Positions 24,681 through 33,257 of a stretch of 64,000 bases of DNA are shown one piece after another. This DNA comes from a virus. The stretch lies in the IMG/VR virus record IMGVR_UViG_3300013947_000004, one strand, 5' to 3'. Each line of letters opens with the position of its first letter. Position 1 is the first letter of the stretch. The position numbers were made by a program, and so were the translations under genes. The notes below the pieces were generated by a model that saw only the letters and a program-made list of their open reading frames with translations, did no database searches and had not been told where the DNA came from.

Positions 24681-25260
24681 TAATTAATTAATATCTACGC
24701 AGTACGTCATTCCTGCGTAGATACATCTTACTTAAATGCAAGCCGTGATAAATGCATTTGTTGGATTAAAACCTAACCAAGGAAAACATTAATTAAATAA
24801 TATCCATTGCCGAGGTAACTCGGCTTGGGATAACCCGAATGAACCGAAGGTGAATGAGGGTAGGGATTTTAAAAACTTAGCCAAGAAAAAAATTAAGTAA
24901 TTAATATCCCCCGCTCAAAGCTGGGGGATACTATTCTTTTAATTAATAAGGTACGTAGTACCTAATCCTAATTTCTTCCTTGGTTAATTAATTAAGTAAT
25001 ATCCCAAGCCAAGGTAACTTGGTAAGGGATATACCTTACGAATGAGCGAAGCGAATGAGTAAGGTTAGGATTAAATAAATAACTAAAAAAATAATTAATT
25101 AAATAATATCCATCACCGGGTTTAACCCGGTTTGGGATATACCGACCGAATGAACGAAGTGAATGAGGAAGGTTTTTCTTTACATTCTCTTTTCCCAATT
25201 CTCTTAAAAGATTCTTTTATAGGTTTCTTTTTTAAAGATTCTCTTTTAGTGCGTAATCCT
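24681..25260. repeat. Structured repeat array: putative replication origin or a tandem small-RNA array.
   Basis: Three ~80-nt units (24789-24865, 24985-25069, 25093-25172) with a covarying hairpin plus GAATGA sub-repeats. Three shorter hairpin units (24681-24730, 24892-24935, 24941-24965). Four ATTCT(C)TT iterons at 25183-25245. Confidence 0.6.
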
Positions 25261-25395
25261 TAATACCATTTGAAGCAGGTCGTTTTATACCAATTTTTAA
25301 AAATTAGTATATCTTTGCAAAAATTAATTCATATCAAAAGGTGGTTAAAGTTACGTTTTCTGTTATGTCTAGTGCGTAACTTTTTACACCACTTT

Positions 25396-25878
25396 TTAGT
25401 CAAGTACAGCGGCCGGAGAATCCGGTTCCTCTTGATAATAATCGTATCCCAGAGTGCAATATTTATTCGGAGGAAGAGTCCATTTTTTGTCTTGGTTTAT
25501 ATAGTACTGATAACTAACATTATTCCCGGTGTATATCTTCATCTTGCAAATAGCATTTGCGGCTATTAAATCGTCCAGAGCTTTCTTGATGGTCTTCTCC
25601 GCCATTCCTACCATCTTGGCTATATTCCCATTTCCATACAAACATACAGGCGTATCACCAAACCTATTTAGTGTTAAGAAATAAAAAACAACTTTTGCAG
25701 ACGTTGAAAGTCCAGAGTTGGTAACACGTCGCAACGAAGTTATACTTGGTTTGTATTTTACAAATGGGGCTTTCGTTGATATTAACCACTCGAATTTTTC
25801 CCCGTTATTGTATAACACCCATTTATCTAGCCATTTACTGTAATTGTATTTTTCGATTTTCATATGCATCTTCTCCAT
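25396..25878 (-). CDS. Putative replication initiator / replisome organiser (winged-helix).
   Basis: HTH-like NIAKMVGMAEKTIKKALDDLI. Located immediately upstream of the repeat array. Confidence 0.4.
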   Translation of the reverse strand: MEKMHMKIEKYNYSKWLDKWVLYNNGEKFEWLISTKAPFVKYKPSITSLRRVTNSGLSTSAKVVFYFLTLNRFGDTPVCLYGNGNIAKMVGMAEKTIKKALDDLIAANAICKMKIYTGNNVSYQYYINQDKKWTLPPNKYCTLGYDYYQEEPDSPAAVLD

Positions 25879-26120
25879 TTCTTATGCCCAACAAAAAACT
25901 TACTTTCTATAAGACTATTTTCCTCTAGTATTTTCAAAGCTCTAACAATAGTTCTTTCTGAGATAAAGTCAACTTCTTTGTGTATGTCATGTGCGGATAT
26001 TTGAATGAAGGGGTGACCTTCGAAAGACACCCCTCTATCTTCAATACCCTGTTTAATTGCAGCATAGACAATAGCACAATTAAGACCGACTCTTTTTGCT
26101 ATATTGATGTCTATCTCCAT
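25860..26120 (-). CDS. Small winged-helix DNA-binding protein.
   Basis: ISERTIVRALKILEENSLIE. Confidence 0.4.
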   Translation of the reverse strand: MEIDINIAKRVGLNCAIVYAAIKQGIEDRGVSFEGHPFIQISAHDIHKEVDFISERTIVRALKILEENSLIESKFFVGHKKWRRCI

Positions 26121-26129
26121 AATCTTCTC

Positions 26130-26870
26130 CTATGCTGGTTCGTCGTACATGTTCATTTGCTGGTCGGCAATCACTTTCGATGCGGCTTGTTTTATATCTT
26201 CCGAGAAATTAGAACGGTCAGCTACCCAGCTTAAATATCCCATATCCGTAACGGAACTTACTGGTTTCCCAGCATATTTACCTTTCGGGAAGATTACTTC
26301 TCCATTACTTGCCTGCGTAGCTGGTGTATCTTCTGAGCCATGATGTTGCTGTACTGGGGACTGAGATTCCTGTGTAACCCCTTCTGGCAATGCCCAAGAT
26401 GGAAGATTTGGTTTTTTGAAATTCCCCCACTGGTCAAGTTCGACCCAAATAGCTGGCAAGCTGTATAGATAACGACCAATTCCGAAAGCGGAACCTACAC
26501 GACGGAACGCTCCAGAGATACCTCCCTTGAACGGTTCAAAGTCTGTACAGTTTGCCCCGTCTGTTTTTTGTACTGTATACCCTTCGGGAAGATTAATTGT
26601 AAGAGTTGCCAAAAAACCTTTTACAGAAGTTACTTCTACTTCCCCTTTGTAGTTGGTACGCTTTTTATCACCAAAATCTACAGGGGTGTATTCTACAGAC
26701 CATTTATCTGCCCCCACAACTTCGTCTAATCGTTCCTGTACAGCACGGGCGGAGATGTATGCTAAAACTTCCCCCTTGCTTTTGTCTTTTGTTTTGCGCC
26801 CCACACGCCATTCCACATCTTCTGGCTTAAACGGAGCTTTCAATGCGTCGAACAATTCTTTGTTTGTCAT
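26130..26870 (-). CDS. Rad52/Sak-type single-strand annealing protein.
   Basis: AYISARAVQERLDEVVGADKW ... GGISGAFRRVGSAFGIGRYLY. Confidence 0.7.
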   Translation of the reverse strand: MTNKELFDALKAPFKPEDVEWRVGRKTKDKSKGEVLAYISARAVQERLDEVVGADKWSVEYTPVDFGDKKRTNYKGEVEVTSVKGFLATLTINLPEGYTVQKTDGANCTDFEPFKGGISGAFRRVGSAFGIGRYLYSLPAIWVELDQWGNFKKPNLPSWALPEGVTQESQSPVQQHHGSEDTPATQASNGEVIFPKGKYAGKPVSSVTDMGYLSWVADRSNFSEDIKQAASKVIADQQMNMYDEPA

Positions 26871-26882
26871 AAAATTTCCTCC

Positions 26883-27044
26883 TTATTCTTTGCTAACTTG
26901 TAGTAGCTTTTCCACATCTTCTATGCGGAATCGTAAAATTCTCGGAGAGATTCGATAACAAGTTAGACTACCGTTTTCTACCAGCCGTCTTACTTGCTGT
27001 GTACTTATTTTTAAGTACTTTGCTACATCCTTAGTGTCTAACAT
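26883..27044 (-). CDS. Excisionase/MerR-like HTH protein (53 aa), below the ORF-track cutoff.
   Basis: My own translation: MLDTKDVAKYLKISTQQVRRLVENGSLTCYRISPRILRFRIEDVEKLL. Divergent from the integrase gene. Confidence 0.6.
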   Translation of the reverse strand: MLDTKDVAKYLKISTQQVRRLVENGSLTCYRISPRILRFRIEDVEKLLQVSKE

Positions 27045-27158
27045 CGTCCATACTCCTCTCTGGTTTTTAAAGTACTCTATGTTGTTTGATGTACTTTATA
27101 TTAATATAATATTACTTATATGTGGTTTTGTCAAGCATCAAACTAAAAATATGTTCTC

Positions 27159-27171
27159 TGACAAACTGTCA
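27159..27171. promoter_or_regulatory. Palindromic operator TGACA-AAC-TGTCA in the int/xis divergent region.
   Basis: 12 of 13 nt identical to 951-962 in the terL / early control region. Confidence 0.5.
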
Positions 27172-27214
27172 TATACCAATTATGTAGTTTGTATGATATA
27201 ATTAGGTAAAGGAG

Positions 27215-28327
27215 TTGGAGGACATGGGAAAACGGGGAAATGGAGAGGGAACCTTATACCAAAGGAAGGATGGTAGTTGGTGTTCGCAGGCTACAATAAA
27301 CAGACGCAGGATTACCGCTTACGGGAAGACAAAAACCGAAGCTAGGGCTAAATTACGCAAGAAAATAGAAGGTTTCATGGTTGGTGGTTCAATAAATAAG
27401 GCAAAAATAACAATCTCTAAAGGGATTCAAATATTTACAAAGGAACACAAAGAAACAAATGAAAGAACCTCTACTTCATACAGAGAGCGTCTAGATATAG
27501 TAAACAAATATTTGGGAGAGGAATTGCTAAATAACTTAGATACAGACATGGCGGAAAAGTTGGTGTCCGATATGATAGAGTTTGGGTATTCTAGGAATAC
27601 AATTAAGTTGGTTCTAACCCAAGTCAAGAAATTGTTTTACTTTGCAAAGAAAACTGGATACATTGAGAAGAATAGATATCTTGGAAAGATACGGATAAAT
27701 AAAAAGACACCGAAATTCATTCTTCCAAAACTTGAAGATGTTGTCCAAGTTATCCAAGAAATAAAATCGGTGCCACTGAAATATTTGGCTATGTTCGGTA
27801 TTTATACTGGTCTTCGTAGAGGAGAATTATGTGGTTTGCAATGGAAAGACATTTCAGAAGATGGTGTTATAACCGTGATGAGAGAATATGTCGGGTATAA
27901 GAGAAGTAATTGTGAATTAGCACCGCCTAAAAATGGGATTGTTGGTCAAAAAGTTCAATCCCCAGAAGAAGGAATTGAACTATTAAAAGAATTACAAGAA
28001 TATTATAAAGAGAAAAGAATAGAAAGCGAATTTGTATTCTGCAAAAAAGATGGCAGACCTCTTTTACCAAAAACAGTGTCCACCGAACTTGGCAGGAGGA
28101 TAAAAAAAATAGCCCCTCACGGGGCTGTCCATATTTTAAGACATTTAAATGCTACTTTCTTAGCGTCACGGAATATTCCAATTAGAACAATTTCTATGCA
28201 GTTAAGACATAGCAATGTTTCTATTACAGACAAATATATAAATGAATTGATTGGTGAAAACAGGGATGATATAAAAAATCTTTCATTGGGTTGCAGTAAG
28301 GTTGCAGTAACTAAGAAAGAACCCTAG
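27215..28327 (+). CDS. int: Tyrosine integrase.
   Basis: GLRRGELCGLQW and HILRHLNATFL...LRHSNVSITDKY (R..HxxR..Y). Extended -10 TGATATAAT at 27194-27202. An alternative ATG lies at 27224. Confidence 0.85.
   Translation: MEDMGKRGNGEGTLYQRKDGSWCSQATINRRRITAYGKTKTEARAKLRKKIEGFMVGGSINKAKITISKGIQIFTKEHKETNERTSTSYRERLDIVNKYLGEELLNNLDTDMAEKLVSDMIEFGYSRNTIKLVLTQVKKLFYFAKKTGYIEKNRYLGKIRINKKTPKFILPKLEDVVQVIQEIKSVPLKYLAMFGIYTGLRRGELCGLQWKDISEDGVITVMREYVGYKRSNCELAPPKNGIVGQKVQSPEEGIELLKELQEYYKEKRIESEFVFCKKDGRPLLPKTVSTELGRRIKKIAPHGAVHILRHLNATFLASRNIPIRTISMQLRHSNVSITDKYINELIGENRDDIKNLSLGCSKVAVTKKEP
28289..28310 (+). repeat. Tandem GGTTGCAGTAA x2 at the 3' end of int.
   Basis: Exact 11-bp tandem repeat. 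Confidence 0.8.
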
Positions 28328-28485
28328 CATTCATCAGCTATTACGGGCATAATGACATATCAAGACTGATAGGGATACATTCCCTCACAAGAATCTAGGA
28401 ATTAAGCCGTTTACCGGGTTTACACCGAATTTTCTTTAGCTTATTATACAACATAAACAACATGAAATACTAAGAATGATAGCTC

Positions 28486-28508
28486 GGTTGCAGTAGTTAT
28501 TGCAGTAG
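28486..28508 (+). repeat. Second pair of TTGCAGTAG boxes just upstream of the XRE promoter.
   Basis: GGTTGCAGTAG followed by TTATTGCAGTAG, in the same orientation as 28289-28310. Confidence 0.75.
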
Positions 28509-28511
28509 AGT

Positions 28512-28540
28512 TTGATTTATAAGAAATGCTATGATATTAT
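28512..28540 (+). promoter_or_regulatory. Sigma-A-type promoter of the XRE gene.
   Basis: TTGATT, 17 nt, TATTAT. Confidence 0.55.
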
Positions 28541-28561
28541 GTGTATAAGAGGTGATTCAAA

Positions 28562-28897
28562 ATGATTGACTCGGTGGGAAGGAGAATAGCGGAGTTAAGG
28601 GTTAAAAAAGGGATGACACAAAGGGATTTAGCAAACGCCACTGGGATTGGGCAGGCTCTTATTTCTAGATATGAAGCTGGGCATTACAAATCTTTGAGGC
28701 TAAGTACGGCTGTAAAATTAGCAAAGGCATTAGGAACAACCCCAGATTATTTACGCAGTCCTGACAGCAATCTGCCATATCCTTCCGAAGTATTAAATTG
28801 GTTAGCAGACGAAAAGAATTACTCAAAGGTTATGGAAATATACTATGAGGATATGACAAGAAGAATGAAAGAAAGAAATAAAAAAGAAGCCCCCTAA
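28562..28897 (+). CDS. XRE-family HTH regulator (candidate repressor).
   Basis: RIAELRVKKGMTQRDLANATGIGQALISRYEAG. Confidence 0.8.
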   Translation: MIDSVGRRIAELRVKKGMTQRDLANATGIGQALISRYEAGHYKSLRLSTAVKLAKALGTTPDYLRSPDSNLPYPSEVLNWLADEKNYSKVMEIYYEDMTRRMKERNKKEAP

Positions 28898-28912
28898 TCG
28901 GGGGCTTTTGTT
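28887..28912. terminator. Bidirectional terminator between the XRE and dnaE genes.
   Basis: AAGCCCCC-TAATC-GGGGGCTT flanked by A- and T-runs. Confidence 0.65.
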
Positions 28913-31900
28913 ATGCTTGCTTTGCTTCCATAAACTCAAATATTCTGTTGTTTTTTACTTTCATAATATAAACTTTGTGTTTTTCAAATTGTTTGTATTT
29001 GTCGTTGAAAATGACCAAGTCTTTTACATAATCGTTATCTCTAACTTTCACAAAAGCCATTGGTTTGCCAGTTTTGGTCTTTCTTGCTTTTACGTCTAGA
29101 ACTTCGTACCCAAAAATAGTTACATTATTCACTAAAGACATGTTGTAATTTTGAAAAATATTCCCAAAACTGACACCTAAAACCTTCGACTCTTCCTCTT
29201 GCTCGTTATACGAACCTTGTGTATATTTAAACAAACCTTTAGATTTTCTTTTATCTTTCGCCCATTCAATGAATTGTAACATTTCTTCACGATTTCCTTT
29301 AAAAACTCCAGCTTTTACTAAGTTTGACAAACAAGTTTTATTTACAGATATAAACCGTTCTATAAATTGCTTAAATTCAGTTGGGGCATCTTTAGGGAAC
29401 TCATTTTTCCCCACGCCTGCGATACAATTTAAACCAAGGGTGATTGTTGGGCCATCTTCGTCATAGTCCGAGAAACAATTCTTATGCTTGAGCGTCGGGG
29501 GGAGAATTTTAATTCCATCCTTCTTGGCTTCCATTACATATCCTGCTAGCTTCCCCTTGTCCTTACAGTTGGAGTCTATAACAGACGCCCAAAATGCGGC
29601 AGGGTAATGACATTTGAGGTACGCTGTAACCCAAGCTGTCATCCCATATGCGGCAGAGTGGGAATTACTAACAATAATCCCGTTATTCACAAGGACTGTA
29701 TGGTATGGATGTTCCATTTCTATATCATAAACGCTTTCCATTCCTATAAGTTTTATAGATACAATTTTATCTTCTTCTAGTTCGTATCCATTCCCGCCTT
29801 GTCTTGTTCTTCCCATTTTATAATGCTCCTTTTTATGACAGGAAGTACATAACCATTCTAAATTTTCTGGAGAATTATCTTTTCTATCCCCGTTTTTGTG
29901 GTGCATTTCAAATCTAGTTTCTCCATCGTAGGATTTACCGCATACAGCACAAGGGTACTGATTGTAAATTGCAACCTTTTTAGCTTCTTCGAATAAGTAC
30001 CAATTACTGTCCATTTTTTCTTGGAATCCCTTTTGTCCTTTTTTGGGAATATTATCTGAGATACATTCTCTGTTTGTGAGTCGGTAATCATGGCTAACCT
30101 TCACTCTATCCCCTTTTATATAGACGAGTTCTCCTACCTTTAAATCCTTTAACATTTTCTTACCTTTTCTTGTTGGGAATTTATGATTGGCCGTGCATTT
30201 TACATATTTCCCAGACTCTGTTCTTACTTCGTACACGTAGTTCTTCCCAGAATAAAAAATGTCAACAATTTTATTTCGTTTGATTTTCCCATCTATAATA
30301 GATAACCCATATCCGTAACCATATCTATTGTACTTTTCCCACAAACTGAGGTGCTTATTTTCTTTTGCCCACTTTTTATCTGTTTTTGTTTTATACATTT
30401 CTTCGAGAGTTAAGGGTTTCCTTTCATTTATATTCCTATACAGGGTTGTTTCTCCAGACAAGCAATGGTTAAATCCATAGGAGGCAAATGTGACTATGTT
30501 ATCCGTGAGGTCTTTCATTTGTTTTTCTGTATACCCTCTCTGGACACCTCTTTTAATCATATCTGCTATGACTGGTTGCATTTCATCTTTAACCTTTCTC
30601 CCTATGATACGTCGTAGATTGTCAGCTTCTCCGAGTGAGTATCCGCATATCTTTTGTGCAATCTGCATGATTTGTTCTTGGTACACGATAACCCCTTCTG
30701 TATCTTTTAAGATTGGTTCAAGGTCTGGAATATCGTATATAGTCGGCTCTTGATGATTTCTGCGACGGAGGAACGTTTCTGCCATTCCACTATCGAGAGG
30801 CCCCGGTCTGCCCAAGGCTACCACTGAGGACAAGTCCTCTACGTTCTTTATCCCCATCCTCAGAACTATTCCTGTCATAACATTTGATTCAATCTGGAAG
30901 CAACCTGCAGTGTTCCCCCGACGCAACATTTCTGCTGTATCTTTGTCATCAATGGGAATATTGGCTATATTTAAAGAATCAATTCCAGCTCTATGTTTTG
31001 TTTTTTCTATAATGTCAAGAGTTTCTAGCCCAAGTATATCAAGTTTTAATAAACCTTGAGCTTCTAGCTGATGAAAGTCATGGCACACAACCATATTATC
31101 TTTCTGTTTTTCAATAGCTGTCCAATTAGTAACATCTTCTGGGCATACAAGAACAGCCGATGCGTGGCAACCATAGGAGATTATGTGGCCTTTAAATTTG
31201 AGGGCAAGCTCTTTCCATTCTTTTTCCTCTTTGGTTTTGGCACCCATATCCTCTACATTAACTATGTTTTTGGATTTGGCTATACGGATTTTGGGTTCAA
31301 TTCCCAAAGCCTCTCCAGCTCTCTGTATTGCTGATTTATCTTGGATATAGTTAATAGTACGGGCTTGGTATACTTCCCCATATTTGCTCTTGATATATTC
31401 TATTAATTCTTGTCTTCTTGGTGTAGATACATCGGAATCGATGTCAGCTGGAGTTACACGTTCTGGATTAGCAAAACGTTCAAATACGAGATTGTATTTG
31501 ATTGGGTCGAGTTGCGTAATCCCCATTAGATAGGCTGTTAAACTCCCAACAACAGACCCCCTACCTAACCCCATAGGAATGCCGGATTCTCGGCAATGTT
31601 TTAACATGTCGTCAATAATGCAAAAATAGTTGAGGTAGTTTAGTTTATTTAATACGTCAAATTCATGCCGTACTTGCTTTATGTATTGGTTACTATTGGG
31701 AAGTTTAGAAATTCCCAGTCTCTTAAATCCCTCGTTACACCTCTTCTTTACGTAAGTTGCAGGGTCATCACAAAATACGGGGTAGTGTTGTCCCCCGAAC
31801 TCAATTTCCACATTACATTTATCAACAATTTCTTGCACATTTTCAAGAGCTTTAGTAATGTCCATGCTATTGCTTTTAAACCATTTCACAATATCTTCTT

Positions 31901-32558
31901 CACTTTGGAGATAATAGTCATCAGATACATAGTACTGAGAATCATCACCTAAACCTAGCCACATCTTATGTACTGGAATATCTTCCTTGTTCACATAGTG
32001 ACTGTCAAGAGTAACAATCGTCTTCCCTAAATTTTCCCATTTTTTATTGTACTCTAATTGCTCTGGAAAATTATGGGGCTGAATTTCTACATATAAATCA
32101 TCACCAAAAATAGATAATAGGCGGGAATACATTTCATCTGCGTTTTCTGCACTAAGTGGCCCAGCTACACACGCTGTTGTACATACCAAACCTTCGTGGT
32201 ACTGTTCCAGAGCTTCAAAACTAATTCTCGGCTTACGGTAGAAATGTTCATGGGCGTATGTGTCCAACTTCATCATATTTCTGTAGCCTTTAATATCTTT
32301 GGCTAAGATTACGAGATGGTACGTGTCACACCCATTTACCGTGATTTCAGAAGCTAAATAAAATTCACACCCCAAGATAGGTTTTACTCCTTGTTTTTTG
32401 CACTCTTGGTAAAAATCTATTATCCCTGTGCATGTCCCATGGTCGGTTATTGCTAAAGCCGGGTATCCAAGGTCTTTAGCTCTACCAACTAGGTCGGGAA
32501 TTGTACAAAATGCATCATGGAGGCTATAGTCCGTATGCTGATGTAAGTTAGAAAACAT
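28911..32558 (-). CDS. dnaE: DNA polymerase III alpha subunit (PHP plus polymerase core), interrupted by an intein.
   Basis: N-terminal PHP motif HQHTDYSLHDA. The YGFNH|SHSAAY motif is split by the insert. Confidence 0.85.
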   Translation of the reverse strand: MFSNLHQHTDYSLHDAFCTIPDLVGRAKDLGYPALAITDHGTCTGIIDFYQECKKQGVKPILGCEFYLASEITVNGCDTYHLVILAKDIKGYRNMMKLDTYAHEHFYRKPRISFEALEQYHEGLVCTTACVAGPLSAENADEMYSRLLSIFGDDLYVEIQPHNFPEQLEYNKKWENLGKTIVTLDSHYVNKEDIPVHKMWLGLGDDSQYYVSDDYYLQSEEDIVKWFKSNSMDITKALENVQEIVDKCNVEIEFGGQHYPVFCDDPATYVKKRCNEGFKRLGISKLPNSNQYIKQVRHEFDVLNKLNYLNYFCIIDDMLKHCRESGIPMGLGRGSVVGSLTAYLMGITQLDPIKYNLVFERFANPERVTPADIDSDVSTPRRQELIEYIKSKYGEVYQARTINYIQDKSAIQRAGEALGIEPKIRIAKSKNIVNVEDMGAKTKEEKEWKELALKFKGHIISYGCHASAVLVCPEDVTNWTAIEKQKDNMVVCHDFHQLEAQGLLKLDILGLETLDIIEKTKHRAGIDSLNIANIPIDDKDTAEMLRRGNTAGCFQIESNVMTGIVLRMGIKNVEDLSSVVALGRPGPLDSGMAETFLRRRNHQEPTIYDIPDLEPILKDTEGVIVYQEQIMQIAQKICGYSLGEADNLRRIIGRKVKDEMQPVIADMIKRGVQRGYTEKQMKDLTDNIVTFASYGFNHCLSGETTLYRNINERKPLTLEEMYKTKTDKKWAKENKHLSLWEKYNRYGYGYGLSIIDGKIKRNKIVDIFYSGKNYVYEVRTESGKYVKCTANHKFPTRKGKKMLKDLKVGELVYIKGDRVKVSHDYRLTNRECISDNIPKKGQKGFQEKMDSNWYLFEEAKKVAIYNQYPCAVCGKSYDGETRFEMHHKNGDRKDNSPENLEWLCTSCHKKEHYKMGRTRQGGNGYELEEDKIVSIKLIGMESVYDIEMEHPYHTVLVNNGIIVSNSHSAAYGMTAWVTAYLKCHYPAAFWASVIDSNCKDKGKLAGYVMEAKKDGIKILPPTLKHKNCFSDYDEDGPTITLGLNCIAGVGKNEFPKDAPTEFKQFIERFISVNKTCLSNLVKAGVFKGNREEMLQFIEWAKDKRKSKGLFKYTQGSYNEQEEESKVLGVSFGNIFQNYNMSLVNNVTIFGYEVLDVKARKTKTGKPMAFVKVRDNDYVKDLVIFNDKYKQFEKHKVYIMKVKNNRIFEFMEAKQA
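29664..30464 (-). mobile_element. Class-1 intein (267 aa) with an HNH endonuclease in DnaE.
   Basis: Cys699 (CLSGETT) to Asn965 (IIVSN|S). Block B CTANH. HNH motif HHKNGDRKDNSPENLEWLCTSCHKKEH. No penultimate His. Confidence 0.8.
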
Positions 32559-32601
32559 AAAATCATTCCTTTCCTTTCTTTTTAAAAGTATATCTAACTA
32601 C

Positions 32602-32630
32602 ATTATACATACTTAAAACCACATAGTCAA
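32602..32630 (-). promoter_or_regulatory. Consensus sigma-A-type promoter of dnaE.
   Basis: Minus strand: TTGACT (32630-32625), 17 nt, TATAAT (32607-32602). Confidence 0.65.
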
Positions 32631-32661
32631 TTGGGGACATTGGGGATTTGAGTATGTAAAC

Positions 32662-32689
32662 AAAAAAAAAGCCACCCGTAATGGGTGGC
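32662..32689 (-). terminator. Terminator of the late operon.
   Basis: Minus strand: GCCACCC-ATTAC-GGGTGGC followed by T9. Confidence 0.75.
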
Positions 32690-32692
32690 TGT

Positions 32693-32812
32693 AATCACAA
32701 AATGCTGTTTTTTGTTAAAAATGGCTATTGGGAGGGCTGTTTTTGGGTATAACTATACTTCCACGTATAATTTAACCTAGAGGATACGATAGGGGTAAAA
32801 AATGGGCTTGAG
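32693..32812 (+). promoter_or_regulatory. Promoter-plus-leader cassette, copy B (-10 at 32766-32771), pointing antisense into the 3' end of the late operon.
   Basis: Block-for-block alignment with copies A, C and D. There is no plus-strand gene downstream. Confidence 0.5.
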
Positions 32813-32818
32813 AACATG

Positions 32819-33247
32819 TTATTTCGACATTGCAATAGCAGTTACGACTCCTGTTACTATCCAAGCCAATTTATTTTGTCTTTCTTTAATTGCTATCTTG
32901 TGAGTTAGGGAGTTTATTTGCTCTGTCAATGTCTGCAAATTCTCTTTCGATGTTTCCAATGAGTTGTTTGCATTCTGTAATGAGCTGTCCGCTCTCTCGA
33001 TTTGATTCCTCAAGATTTCCAATTGTTTCTTGTCCGTCTGAGAGTTCTCCTCTAGCATTTCCAATTTCGTCTTGAGCAGATTGAACTGATTTCTCAGTTG
33101 ATTGTACTGTTCGTATGACATCTCTACTTTCTGACTTGGCTGTTCTGTTACTGTCGTAGAGGATGCTTGCGAAAAGAATCCCGGAGATAGCAAAAAGAAC
33201 GAGAACAATATAAAGAAAAACCTTTTTTGAAATATAATTGTCCACAT
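32819..33247 (-). CDS. Membrane coiled-coil protein, last gene of the lysis cassette. A second fully nested ORF lies at 32886..33245.
   Basis: ATG with RBS GGAGGGG. N-terminal hydrophobic segment, heptad-rich middle, C-terminal TM LAWIVTGVVTAIAM. Confidence 0.5.
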   Translation of the reverse strand: MWTIIFQKRFFFILFSFFLLSPGFFSQASSTTVTEQPSQKVEMSYEQYNQLRNQFNLLKTKLEMLEENSQTDKKQLEILRNQIERADSSLQNANNSLETSKENLQTLTEQINSLTHKIAIKERQNKLAWIVTGVVTAIAMSK

Positions 33248-33257
33248 GGAACCCCTC

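Noticed and set aside
24992-25198. 68-aa minus-strand ORF with the repeated peptide HSLRSF.RYIP.
   Set aside because: It is simply the translation of repeat units b and c of the array. It has no RBS, and the periodicity comes from the DNA repeats.
24681-25260. Possible CRISPR or mini-array.
   Set aside because: The units have unequal lengths and spacing, there are no uniform repeat/spacer alternations, and no cas genes are present. The ATCTAC...GTAGAT hairpin at 24693-24722 only superficially recalls Cas12a repeats: it has a 10-bp stem and a 10-nt loop.
28908-29099. 63-aa plus-strand ORF after the XRE gene.
   Set aside because: It lies beyond the bidirectional terminator and is antisense to the 3' end of dnaE.
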